Positions 1 to 8,148 of a stretch of DNA of 26,206 bases are shown here, piece by piece. Positions within the stretch are counted from its first letter, which is position 1. Each line of letters opens with the position of its first letter. A program made the translations under genes and the position numbers. A model generated the notes under the pieces. That model was given only the letters and a program-made list of their open reading frames with translations. It was not told where the DNA came from and ran no database searches. The DNA comes from a virus (taxonomy: Duplodnaviria > Caudoviricetes), in the IMG/VR virus record IMGVR_UViG_3300030376_004817, positions 1 through 26,206 of that record; one strand, written 5' to 3'.

Positions 1-1
1 T

Positions 2-286
2 TTAGCTAGTGCTCAAGACAGGTTAACAGTAATTCATTTTAATTATAAATGGAATACAAAAAACGATTATAATTTAAGGGGCTTAAAACATGCCAAAATA
101 CAATACGCTTTTTTAGAAGACCAACCTGAAGAAATAAGACAAAGCATAAAAGCAGTTCCTGTAATTGTAATTTTAGGAAAAGATGGCAAAGTAAAAATGC
201 AATACACAGCAGATATATCTTTTAAGATACATGCAACAAAAGAAGAAATACAAAGTGCAGTTAATAGAATTTTAATAAATCAATAA
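2..286 (+). CDS. Partial (5'-truncated) thioredoxin-fold-like protein lacking CxxC
   Basis: Frame open from window start to TAA 284-286: LASAQDRLTVIHFNYKWN...IKAVPVIVILGKDGKVK...EEIQSAVNRILINQ. The VIHFxxxW and VP-hydrophobic-strand-DGK pattern resembles thioredoxin. Not in the ORF track. Confidence 0.55.
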   Translation, partial: LASAQDRLTVIHFNYKWNTKNDYNLRGLKHAKIQYAFLEDQPEEIRQSIKAVPVIVILGKDGKVKMQYTADISFKIHATKEEIQSAVNRILINQ

Positions 287-289
287 ACT

Positions 290-436
290 ATGGAAATACT
301 AAAACACTTTTTTGGTTTATGTGGAGAAAGCCATTTAAACATTTTTACAATTACAATATTATTAATCATTTTAAAATTAGGATATGAAAATATTAGCAAA
401 ATTATTTGGTGGAGCAGGGTCAGGAATAGCAAGTAA
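290..436 (+). CDS. Small membrane protein (48 aa) in lysis region
   Basis: Manual translation MEILKHFFGLCGESHLNIFTITILLIILKLGYENISKIIWWSRVRNSK; one hydrophobic segment; ATG 3 nt after the upstream stop. Confidence 0.5.
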   Translation: MEILKHFFGLCGESHLNIFTITILLIILKLGYENISKIIWWSRVRNSK

Positions 437-788
437 ACTTGGAAACCTAGTTGATAAGTTTGTACAGACAAAAGATGAAAAGGCTCAGTTTCAAAAAGAA
501 ATGGAAGAAATTTTTATTAAAGCTGAGTTAGATTTAGAAAAAGAAATAACAGCTAGGCATAATGCAGACATGCAGAGTGATTCATGGTTAAGTAAAAACA
601 TAAGACCATTGCTAACTATTTTTAGTTTAGTGTTATACACTTTATTTGCTTTAACTGATGGCAATATAGGCGAATTTAATATAGCCAATCAGTATGTTGA
701 TTTACTAGGGCAAATAGTAATAATGAGTTTAGGGTTTTATTTTACAAGTAGGGGAATTGAAAAGACAGCTAAGATTATTAGAAAATAA
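384..788 (+). CDS. Holin, 3TM (GTA holin-like) family
   Basis: N-terminal amphipathic helix, coiled coil, DSWLSKNIRP motif, two hydrophobic helices, YFTSRGIEK and basic C-terminus. Confidence 0.75.
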   Translation: MKILAKLFGGAGSGIASKLGNLVDKFVQTKDEKAQFQKEMEEIFIKAELDLEKEITARHNADMQSDSWLSKNIRPLLTIFSLVLYTLFALTDGNIGEFNIANQYVDLLGQIVIMSLGFYFTSRGIEKTAKIIRK

Positions 789-913
789 TGGCATATAAAA
801 TAATAAGTAATTACAGAAAGAAAAAAAAGAAATCACACCCACACAGTAAAAATTTGAGTAGGCTTAAGACAAGTAAACAATATAAAAAACCATACAAAGG
901 GCAGGGAAGATAA
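788..913 (+). CDS. Small very basic protein (41 aa) ending KKPYKGQGR
   Basis: Manual translation MAYKIISNYRKKKKKSHPHSKNLSRLKTSKQYKKPYKGQGR; ATG overlaps the holin TAA. Confidence 0.65.
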   Translation: MAYKIISNYRKKKKKSHPHSKNLSRLKTSKQYKKPYKGQGR

Positions 914-932
914 AATAATTTATGTACCTTTA

Positions 933-1057
933 AAATCTAGTCGCAAATCTAGTCAAGTTGCTACACTTCAGGTAAACACCCCTGTTGGTTCAGGTAAAAT
1001 TTTTAATTACATTTTTTTTTGTTTTTTTTTGGGGGTTTTTTTTTGTTTTTTTTTTTT
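933..1057. repeat. Intergenic region with two direct-repeat pairs and a long poly-T/G tract
   Basis: AAATCTAGTC at 933 and 945; TTCAGGTAAA at 967 and 989; T-rich tract 1012-1057 interrupted only by G. Confidence 0.8.
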
Positions 1058-1070
1058 AAATTTATAATAT

Positions 1071-1307
1071 ATGATATATTCAAAACAGTTAATAGATAAA
1101 ATATTAAACTATAAAACAATAAGTAAAAGAGGAAAAATTGATAGAATGTTAGCAGTAGATGCTAACCAATATTGTAACTTAGGAATAGATTCTACAATAG
1201 CTGAAAAGAAACAAGTTTGGCAAAATAGCAAATATATTTATCAGGCTATTAAAAAAATAAATAATGAATTAGGCAGTAAATTTCTTTTATACCAAGACAA
1301 GAAATAA
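1071..1307 (+). CDS. Hypothetical phage protein
   Basis: ORF track; its stop overlaps the next ATG. Confidence 0.75.
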   Translation: MIYSKQLIDKILNYKTISKRGKIDRMLAVDANQYCNLGIDSTIAEKKQVWQNSKYIYQAIKKINNELGSKFLLYQDKK

Positions 1308-1699
1308 TGCCTAAAAAAATAAAAAGAAGCACAGTTGTTAAACGACTAGATGCCATATTCAGCCAATACATAAGAAAAAAAAATTCAGTACATGGCAAAG
1401 GAACTTGCTTTACTTGTGGCAAAGTAGATGAATGGAAAAACTTACAATGTGGACACTTTCAATCTCGTAGGCACTACTCAACTAGGTGGAATGAAACTAA
1501 CTGCCAAATCCAATGTGCAGGCTGCAATGTTTTCAAGTATGGAGAGCAATATAAATTTAGTGTGGCACTAGATGCCAAATTTGGAAAGAAAACAGCAGAA
1601 AAGCTGCATATATTAGCCCAAAAACAAATTAAATTTCAAACCTTTGAATTATTAGACATGATTAAATATTATCAACAATTATTTGATAATCTAAAATAA
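1307..1699 (+). CDS. ninG: NinG/Rap-family recombination endonuclease (HNH-like, Zn-binding)
   Basis: LDAIFSQYIR, CFTCG, QCGHFQSR, RWNETNCQIQCAGCN motifs. Confidence 0.85.
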   Translation: MPKKIKRSTVVKRLDAIFSQYIRKKNSVHGKGTCFTCGKVDEWKNLQCGHFQSRRHYSTRWNETNCQIQCAGCNVFKYGEQYKFSVALDAKFGKKTAEKLHILAQKQIKFQTFELLDMIKYYQQLFDNLK

Positions 1700-1711
1700 T
1701 TCTTATCTTTG
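1682..1711 (+). promoter_or_regulatory. Bacteroidota sigma70-type promoter
   Basis: TTTG (1682) - 18 nt - TATCTTTG (1704-1711) matches TAnnTTTG. Confidence 0.5.
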
Positions 1712-1739
1712 TCAAGTTCTGTTTGTTTTGTCTTGAAGG

Positions 1740-1770
1740 AAAAGGGTTGATTATATCGGCTCTTTTTTTT
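1740..1770 (+). terminator. Intrinsic terminator
   Basis: AAAAGGGTTGAT-TAT-ATCGGCTCTTTT stem (with G-U pairs) followed by a T run. Confidence 0.7.
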
Positions 1771-1800
1771 GCCCTATTTTTTTTTATTAAATTTTTTGTT

Positions 1801-1808
1801 TATATTTG
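1801..1808 (+). promoter_or_regulatory. Bacteroidota -7 promoter element for the ERF/SSB operon
   Basis: TATATTTG just after a terminator and about 40 nt before ATG 1847; no clear -33 TTTG at canonical spacing. Confidence 0.5.
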
Positions 1809-1846
1809 TTTAGGCTTAGAACTAACTAGGCTGTTAAATTTACAAA

Positions 1847-2044
1847 ATGAACACAATAGAATTTACTGGAAAATCCTTAAGGTCTGCAGAGGACTTAAAA
1901 AGGTTAATCAAGGACGCTAAATGGCAAGTTGATTATTACAAAAAACAAGTGCAAGAACACCAAGATAATTTATACTTAAGACAATTAGCTTTGGAGTGTT
2001 TAGAGAACGAACTTAATATAGTTACAGATGTTTCACAATTATAA
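1847..2044 (+). CDS. Hypothetical coiled-coil protein
   Basis: ORF track; A-rich start context. Confidence 0.7.
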   Translation: MNTIEFTGKSLRSAEDLKRLIKDAKWQVDYYKKQVQEHQDNLYLRQLALECLENELNIVTDVSQL

Positions 2045-2168
2045 CCAATCTAAGTATTATTTAGACAGAATAGATGCTCTGTTACATCACATCTATTTAT
2101 TAGAATCATATATAGAACACAGTACAGAAACTAAAATACGAGCCAAATATGGAAAAAAATATATATAA
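2028..2168 (+). CDS. Small hypothetical protein (46 aa)
   Basis: Manual translation MFHNYNQSKYYLDRIDALLHHIYLLESYIEHSTETKIRAKYGKKYI; fills the gap between neighbours. Confidence 0.55.
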   Translation: MFHNYNQSKYYLDRIDALLHHIYLLESYIEHSTETKIRAKYGKKYI

Positions 2169-2658
2169 AAAATTATATAACTTGCAACAAGATTTGGGAG
2201 TTATTAGTAAGGATGAAACCAATCCCTTTTACAAATCAAAATATTTTGATATTAATTCGCTGATAAAACAACTGCACCCATTACTGAAAAAACATGGGTT
2301 GCTGCTGTTGCAGCCAATTGAAAATAATGAAGTAAAAAGCGTTATTTACAATGTTGATGGCGAAGGTCACATTGAAAGTGCGATTAGTTTACCTGCCTTA
2401 CCTGACCCACAAAAATTAGGAAGTGCTATCACTTATTTTAGGCGATACACTTTACAATCATTGCTAGCATTACAGGCTGAAGATGATGATGGAAATAAAG
2501 CCATTACCAAAATAAAACCTCTACTGCTAGATAATACTCCTGAATTAAAGAACGCCATTAAAGGCATTTCAAATGGTGCAACAATACAGGATATTAAAAA
2601 GGTATATAGGGTGACAGATTATATAGAAAAAAAGTTGTTAAATTTAAAAATAGATTAA
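2149..2658 (+). CDS. erf: ERF-family single-strand annealing recombinase
   Basis: KDETNPFYKSKY, PQKLGSAITYFRRYTL and EDDDGN motifs. Confidence 0.9.
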   Translation: MEKNIYKKLYNLQQDLGVISKDETNPFYKSKYFDINSLIKQLHPLLKKHGLLLLQPIENNEVKSVIYNVDGEGHIESAISLPALPDPQKLGSAITYFRRYTLQSLLALQAEDDDGNKAITKIKPLLLDNTPELKNAIKGISNGATIQDIKKVYRVTDYIEKKLLNLKID

Positions 2659-2660
2659 TT

Positions 2661-2972
2661 ATGAGTGTACTAATGAATGCGAGTATCAGGGTTGACAAAC
2701 TCCCTAAAGAAAAGTTTATCAAAGGAAAGGAAGGAGCAGTTTATTACAATATGACTATATCAGTTTCTGATGAAACACGATATGGAAATAATGTAGCCAT
2801 AACTGATTCCCAAACTAGGGAAGAACGAGATGCCAAAAAGCCTAAAAATTATTTAGGAAATGGTAAGGTCGTTTGGACTGATGGAAATATTGTCTTGGCA
2901 GAAAAACAAGCTACAATTACAGAAGCAGAAATTGCTGCAAACAATCAAGACAACGATGACCTACCTTTCTAA
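2661..2972 (+). CDS. Probable single-stranded DNA-binding protein
   Basis: Acidic C-terminal DDDLPF tail, YLGNGK motif, located next to ERF. Confidence 0.7.
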   Translation: MSVLMNASIRVDKLPKEKFIKGKEGAVYYNMTISVSDETRYGNNVAITDSQTREERDAKKPKNYLGNGKVVWTDGNIVLAEKQATITEAEIAANNQDNDDLPF

Positions 2973-2998
2973 GATTTAAATTTTTATTAGTTTTAATT

Positions 2999-3023
2999 AA
3001 GGTGGGTATATCCCACCTTTTTT
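2999..3023 (+). terminator. Intrinsic terminator
   Basis: AAGGTGGG-TATAT-CCCACCTT perfect stem plus T run. Confidence 0.85.
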
Positions 3024-3038
3024 ATTTATATTTAGACA

Positions 3039-3878
3039 ATGCACAAACAAAAAACCCCACAGGAATATATAGAGCAAATGCAGCTTATTGAAAAAGAGTG
3101 TTTAGTTGACACATCTTTAAAAATGGATTATCCCCCAGTTGCCATATCATTAGGAATTAAGAAAATACAAACACATGAGGGAGATTTAATATTGCCTGTG
3201 CCTATCGGCACTTATGGTAATTTCTCGTTTATCCAAGCTCCACCAAAGACAAAGAAAACTTTTTTTATATCTTTGCTTAGTAGTGTGTACTTATCAGATT
3301 CAAATAATTTTGGGGGCGATATAAAAGGACACAGGGCAAATCAATGTTTAGTACACATAGATACAGAGCAAGGGCAATGGCATGCTCAAAGGGTATTTAA
3401 ACGAGCAATTGATATGTCAGATTTAGATGGTACACAATGCTATTATACTTTTGCATTAAGGCAAATAGGATTTAAGGAAAGAATTGAATTTATAGATTAT
3501 TTATTGAAAGATAAAATTAAAAATACTGGATTATTAATTATAGATGGCATTGCTGATTTAGTAGGGGATGTAAACAACTTGGAGGAATCTAATGCTTGTA
3601 TTCAAAAACTAATGGAATGGTCAGCTATTTATAATTGCCACATTATAACAGTAATTCATTCTAATTTTGGTTCTGATAAGCCCACTGGTCATCTAGGAAG
3701 CTTTTTAGAAAAAAAGGCAGAAACACAAATACAGCTTGAGGCAAACACAGTAAATAAAGAGTGGGTAACAGTTAAGTGCAAAAGGAGCAGGGGATATGCT
3801 TTTGAAACATTTAGCTTTCAAGTTAATGATTTTGGTTTGCCTGAGGTGGTGGGAAATTTATACGACCCTTTAAAGTGA
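3039..3878 (+). CDS. RecA-like AAA ATPase / SF4 (RepA-like) replicative helicase
   Basis: Variant Walker A QAPPKTKKT, HIDTEQ, Walker B LLIIDGIADL, VIH and GHLGS motifs. Confidence 0.8.
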   Translation: MHKQKTPQEYIEQMQLIEKECLVDTSLKMDYPPVAISLGIKKIQTHEGDLILPVPIGTYGNFSFIQAPPKTKKTFFISLLSSVYLSDSNNFGGDIKGHRANQCLVHIDTEQGQWHAQRVFKRAIDMSDLDGTQCYYTFALRQIGFKERIEFIDYLLKDKIKNTGLLIIDGIADLVGDVNNLEESNACIQKLMEWSAIYNCHIITVIHSNFGSDKPTGHLGSFLEKKAETQIQLEANTVNKEWVTVKCKRSRGYAFETFSFQVNDFGLPEVVGNLYDPLK

Positions 3879-3879
3879 A

Positions 3880-4374
3880 ATGGAAAAAGATATTGAGAGA
3901 TTATATAAAAAACACAAAACTTGGGTCACTATTGTTAAATCTTTTGGCTGCAATAGTTCTATGGCAGAGGATTTGGTGCAGGAAATGTATATTAAAATTA
4001 TACTAAAAATGAAAGATGGATTAGATATTAGATATAATGAAAATGATATAAATTATTTTTATATATTCAGAACACTAAACAGCCTTTATATTGATTTAAA
4101 AAGAAAAAATTATAATGTAAAAAAAATTGATATTGACCATGTAAATGAAAGTTTGTTAAATAAAAAAAACAATAATATAAATATTGATTATATAGAAAAA
4201 TACGATATAATAAAAAAAGAATTAGACAAGATGTATTGGTATGACAAAAAAGTTTTTGAAATAATTAATGGGGGCGAAAGCATTGCAGCATTATCTCGCA
4301 AAACTCATATTGCATACTATTCACTATACAACACCTACACAAAAGTCAAAAATAAATTAATTAAATTTTTATGA
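3880..4374 (+). CDS. Phage-encoded ECF-like RNA polymerase sigma factor
   Basis: Region-2 AEDLVQEMYIK; C-terminal HTH (SIAALSRKTHIAYYSLYNT); 164 aa. Confidence 0.8.
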   Translation: MEKDIERLYKKHKTWVTIVKSFGCNSSMAEDLVQEMYIKIILKMKDGLDIRYNENDINYFYIFRTLNSLYIDLKRKNYNVKKIDIDHVNESLLNKKNNNINIDYIEKYDIIKKELDKMYWYDKKVFEIINGGESIAALSRKTHIAYYSLYNTYTKVKNKLIKFL

Positions 4375-4529
4375 AACTAGGAAACTTAACAGAAAAAATA
4401 ATAACAATAATAACATTAGGGCAGGGGAAAAAAATAGCAAATTGGATTGCTAATAAAATGGGATATGAAAAATGCGATTGTGAAGATAGAAAAAAAGCCT
4501 TAAATAATATTAAAATAAAAAGATGGTAA
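4371..4529 (+). CDS. Small hypothetical protein with CxC motif (52 aa)
   Basis: Manual translation MKLGNLTEKIITIITLGQGKKIANWIANKMGYEKCDCEDRKKALNNIKIKRW; ATGA overlap with the sigma gene stop. Confidence 0.7.
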   Translation: MKLGNLTEKIITIITLGQGKKIANWIANKMGYEKCDCEDRKKALNNIKIKRW

Positions 4530-4732
4530 AATTTAATAAATCAGATTATGAAAAATGGAAAAGATTCAGGAATAGTTCAAAGTCAACAATCTCAGGTAGA
4601 GAATTTGACTTGGTTTGCGACTTGCACTCATTCTATAAAAAGCATACACTATATAAACCCTGCACCTGCAACCCACGAGAAATCAAAAGATGGATAAATG
4701 ATTTAAACGATATTTTTAATCAGGGCTTATAA
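4523..4732 (+). CDS. Small hypothetical protein with His/CxC motif
   Basis: ORF track; LH...H...PCTCNP. Confidence 0.7.
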   Translation: MVKFNKSDYEKWKRFRNSSKSTISGREFDLVCDLHSFYKKHTLYKPCTCNPREIKRWINDLNDIFNQGL

Positions 4733-4736
4733 ACTT

Positions 4737-4767
4737 TTTGTTAATAACTTTATTTTCCTTATATTCG
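4737..4767 (+). promoter_or_regulatory. Bacteroidota-type early promoter
   Basis: TTTG-N19-TATATTCG, nearly identical to 9929-9959. Confidence 0.6.
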
Positions 4768-4771
4768 TTAC

Positions 4772-5263
4772 ATGAATGAGTATAACAGAAAATTATCAGA
4801 GGAATTAATTAAAAAGTACAGCCCAATAGAACAACAAGATTTAAAGGATTTAGGCTTTGCACCTGCTACACTCAACGAAAACAAATACAGCCATATAGAT
4901 GGCAAAGCTGCATTTACTACACAAATAATCCAAACCAACATAACAGTAGATATCAAAGACAGAAAAAGCCTTAGAAGGGGCGAGCCTGCAAATGATGATT
5001 ATTTATGGGTTGAAATTAGAAACCCTTATGGCTATAATGGGTGGGCTTTTGGTAAGGCACACTATATAGCTTTTAAGCAGGCTAGTGAATGGCTGTTTGT
5101 TTGGCGAGAGGATTTGGTGCAGTTAATTAAAGATAAAGTTGAAAAGGTTTATGTAAATGATTTTCCATTATACAAACTTTACAACAGAAAAGGGAGTAAA
5201 GATATTTTGACATTAATAAAAAAAGAAGATTTAAAATCAATTAAAATACCTAGAAAATTATGA
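4772..5263 (+). CDS. Putative PD-(D/E)xK nuclease-fold protein
   Basis: HIDG...TVDIK catalytic-like motif; WVE and GW.FGKAHYIAF. Confidence 0.55.
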   Translation: MNEYNRKLSEELIKKYSPIEQQDLKDLGFAPATLNENKYSHIDGKAAFTTQIIQTNITVDIKDRKSLRRGEPANDDYLWVEIRNPYGYNGWAFGKAHYIAFKQASEWLFVWREDLVQLIKDKVEKVYVNDFPLYKLYNRKGSKDILTLIKKEDLKSIKIPRKL

Positions 5264-5520
5264 CACTAAAACAACAGATTGCAGATTTAAAAGAAAGATT
5301 ACAAGCAGCAGAAAACCACACTTATGTTTATAATACTGAAAGCCTACATTGTAGCGATGGAGAGTTTTATATAGAATATGGGGATGGAAAAACTATTGTT
5401 TTTGAGGTTGATTCATTATTTAATGATTTGCCTTTTATAATTAATCAAGTTATAAAAGAACAAGCCAAGATGCAGAAATGGAAATTGGATTCAATAAAAG
5501 AAGAATTAAAAGAATTATAA
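5260..5520 (+). CDS. Hypothetical protein
   Basis: ORF track; ATGA overlap. Confidence 0.7.
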   Translation: MTLKQQIADLKERLQAAENHTYVYNTESLHCSDGEFYIEYGDGKTIVFEVDSLFNDLPFIINQVIKEQAKMQKWKLDSIKEELKEL

Positions 5521-5522
5521 TT

Positions 5523-5672
5523 ATGTCACACAAACACCATGCTTTTGAAAATGAAATATTTTCGCATTTTAGGGAACAAGTAAACGAAATAAATAAAGCC
5601 ATAAAACTTTTAAAAGAGCATAACTATACAATTATAGATTTAGAGGGTAATTGGATAAAAAAAGAAAAATGA
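5523..5672 (+). CDS. Small hypothetical protein (start reassigned to MSHKHHAF)
   Basis: ATG 2 nt after the upstream stop, in frame with track ORF 5478..5672. Confidence 0.65.
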   Translation: MSHKHHAFENEIFSHFREQVNEINKAIKLLKEHNYTIIDLEGNWIKKEK

Positions 5673-6391
5673 TTTTACTAATAGATGCAGACAGCTTAAT
5701 ATTTGCAAGCTGCTATCGTTCAAAAAATGATGTTAATTACGAATTGTATCCTGATAATTTTTATACAGATATAAAAGATTGTATAAATAAGTTTGATGAA
5801 CAGTATATGAAAATAATAAACGATTTAGAAGAAATATACACCATAGAACAAATAGTAACTTTTAATGGCTCTAAAGGCAACTTTCGTAAACAACTAAATA
5901 CAAGCTATAAAGCAAACAGGAGAAAGCAAGTATTGCCCCCTATGCTGCACCCCATGCACCAGTATGTTAAGGATAATTACGATAGCAAATATTGTTTTGG
6001 AATGGAAACAGACGACTTAGTGGCTAGGTATTGGAAAAATTTAAGTGATGAATTTGGTAGGGAAAATGTTATGATAGTTTCAATAGATAAGGATTATAAA
6101 CAGTTCCCATGTTTATTGTATAATTACCACTACAAGCATAAAGTTATTTTAGATATAAGCGATTCAGAAGCCTTATATAATTTTTATGAACAAATGATAG
6201 TAGGCGATACTGCAGACAATGTAAATTTTTTCAAAGGCAAGGGAAAAAAGTTTGCTGAAAAATATTTTGTAAATTGCAGAACTAAATATCAATATACCAA
6301 AAAAATGTATGAGTTATTTAAAAAAGAATATAAGGGAAAAGCTAAATTGCGATATATTGAATGTTTTAACTTGTTAAAATTAAGAACATGA
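5669..6391 (+). CDS. 5'-3' exonuclease / RNase H (FEN/PIN fold, T7 gp6-like)
   Basis: LLIDADSL, NFR, YKANR, ETDD, SIDKDYKQ and GDTADN motifs; ATG 5669 overlaps the previous TGA. Confidence 0.9.
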   Translation: MILLIDADSLIFASCYRSKNDVNYELYPDNFYTDIKDCINKFDEQYMKIINDLEEIYTIEQIVTFNGSKGNFRKQLNTSYKANRRKQVLPPMLHPMHQYVKDNYDSKYCFGMETDDLVARYWKNLSDEFGRENVMIVSIDKDYKQFPCLLYNYHYKHKVILDISDSEALYNFYEQMIVGDTADNVNFFKGKGKKFAEKYFVNCRTKYQYTKKMYELFKKEYKGKAKLRYIECFNLLKLRT

Positions 6392-6864
6392 AGAATTTAA
6401 AACCACAGCAAATAGCTGATAAAATAATTAAAGAATCAGGAATAAATATTTTTGAAAATACTAGGAAAAAAGGGCATACAGAATTTAGGTCTTTACTGTG
6501 TCATTTGTTAAGGAAAAAGCTAAACATGAGGTGGTTATATATTGCTAAATTTTTTAATGACAATAATAAAAATATGGATCACGCCACCTGCATTTATTCA
6601 GTTAAGAATTATAAAATGTATAAAAAGACAAATAAAAAATTAGAGGAAATAGAAAGCCTGTTTAGTTTTACTAGCGATATAAATATTGACCAAATTGATA
6701 GGGTGCATTATTTAGAAAACAAATGTAAATTATTAGAAAGTAAATTAAACAAAAAACATGATGGGGAACTGGCAAACCTCATTTCTAACATACCTGAAAA
6801 CAAAGAAACAGAAGCCATAGAAAGAATAGGTGTGATGCTAAAGAGTTGGCATTGGCAAAAATAA
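6388..6864 (+). CDS. DNA-binding protein with DnaA domain IV-like HTH
   Basis: IAKFF...DHATCIYSVK resembles DnaA RDHTTVLHA. Confidence 0.7.
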   Translation: MKNLKPQQIADKIIKESGINIFENTRKKGHTEFRSLLCHLLRKKLNMRWLYIAKFFNDNNKNMDHATCIYSVKNYKMYKKTNKKLEEIESLFSFTSDINIDQIDRVHYLENKCKLLESKLNKKHDGELANLISNIPENKETEAIERIGVMLKSWHWQK

Positions 6865-6883
6865 ACATTTAAATCTCGTTATA
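6858..6883 (+). promoter_or_regulatory. Putative phage late promoter, copy 1
   Basis: AAA-N15-CGTTATA; C at 6877, 12 nt before ATG 6889. Confidence 0.7.
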
Positions 6884-6888
6884 TAGTT

Positions 6889-8148
6889 ATGATAGAAAAA
6901 GTTGATATTCGTCAAATACAAAGCAATTCCAGTAATCCAAGAATAATAAAAGATTATAAATTTAAAAAACTTATAAGCAGCATTCAGAGTTTCCCTGAAA
7001 TGTTAAAACTTAGACCCATTATAGTGGATAAAGACAACATTATACTGGGGGGAAATATGCGTTATAAGGCATGTTTAGAGGTAGGGCTTAAAGAAGTATA
7101 TATCATAAAGGCTGATAAGCTGACAGCTAAACAACAACAGGAATTTATAATAAAAGATAATGTAGGCTTTGGCGAATGGGATTGGGATATATTGGCTAAT
7201 GAATGGGATATAAAAGAACTGGAGGATTGGGGTTTGGATTCTTTTCCATTTGAGGAAGAAAAAGAAAAAGAAATACATGGCAAATTAACAGACAAATTTG
7301 TAGTGCCACCATTTAGCATTTTAGATACTAGGCAGGGCTATTGGAAAGATAGGAAAATAATGTGGCATAACTTAATAAATGATAAAGGGGAAAGCAGAGA
7401 AAACACATTAAGCGAAAGTGAGTTAATGTCAAATATCAATAATGGCGTTTCAATACTTGACCCAGTATTGGCAGAAATAGCAAATAAATGGTTTGGTGTA
7501 GAAAATGGCAAAACTTTTGATTGCTTTGCAGGGGATAGTGTGTTTGGTTATGTTAGCGATGCAATGGGGAATACATTTACAGGAATTGAGTTAAGGCAGG
7601 AACAAACTGATTTAAATAATGATAGATTACAAAACAGCAAAAGTAAATACATTTGTGATGATGGTCAAAATGTAGCAAAACACATAAAGGCTAATAGTCA
7701 GGATTTATTATTTAGTTGCCCACCTTATTTTGATTTAGAGGTTTACTCTGATTTAAAAAACGATGCCAGTAACCAAAAGGAATATAAGGATTTTTTAACA
7801 ATAATAGACAACGCATTTACAGCAGCTTTAAGCTGTTTAAAAGAAAATAGGTTTGCAGTTATTGTGGTTGGAGACATCAGGGCTAATAATGGCTTTTATC
7901 GTGGCTTTACAGATGATGTTAAGGTTATATTTACCAAAAACAATGCTAAATTATACAACGAAATGATAATTGTAGAAAGCATTGGCACATTGCCACAAAG
8001 AGTGGGCAGGTATATGAACAACAGAAAAATAGGAAAATGCCACCAAAATGTTTTAGTGTTTTATAAAGGCAACCCAAAAGAGATTAAAAAAAATTATAAC
8101 AAATTGGATTTTAAAAATATTAAAATTAATGAAAGCACAGATATATAA
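6889..8148 (+). CDS. ParB-like N-terminal domain fused to an amino (N4/N6) DNA methyltransferase-fold domain
   Basis: NPR..., RPIIVD...ILGGNMRYKA, KDN (ParB/Srx). Motif I FDCFAGDS, motif II GIELRQEQ, motif IV FSCPPY. Confidence 0.85.
   Translation: MIEKVDIRQIQSNSSNPRIIKDYKFKKLISSIQSFPEMLKLRPIIVDKDNIILGGNMRYKACLEVGLKEVYIIKADKLTAKQQQEFIIKDNVGFGEWDWDILANEWDIKELEDWGLDSFPFEEEKEKEIHGKLTDKFVVPPFSILDTRQGYWKDRKIMWHNLINDKGESRENTLSESELMSNINNGVSILDPVLAEIANKWFGVENGKTFDCFAGDSVFGYVSDAMGNTFTGIELRQEQTDLNNDRLQNSKSKYICDDGQNVAKHIKANSQDLLFSCPPYFDLEVYSDLKNDASNQKEYKDFLTIIDNAFTAALSCLKENRFAVIVVGDIRANNGFYRGFTDDVKVIFTKNNAKLYNEMIIVESIGTLPQRVGRYMNNRKIGKCHQNVLVFYKGNPKEIKKNYNKLDFKNIKINESTDI

Noticed and set aside
933-998. 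Possible mini-CRISPR array
   Set aside because: Repeats are only 10 nt, two copies each, with 2-12 nt gaps and no cas genes.
1723-1920. 65-aa + strand ORF
   Set aside because: TTG start; spans a terminator and T tracts and overlaps the better ORF at 1847.
3230-3265. Walker A lacking glycines (APPKTKKT) as a sign of an inactive helicase
   Set aside because: KxKKT-type P-loops occur in Bacteroidota RepA-like ATPases, and the catalytic KT and Walker B are intact.
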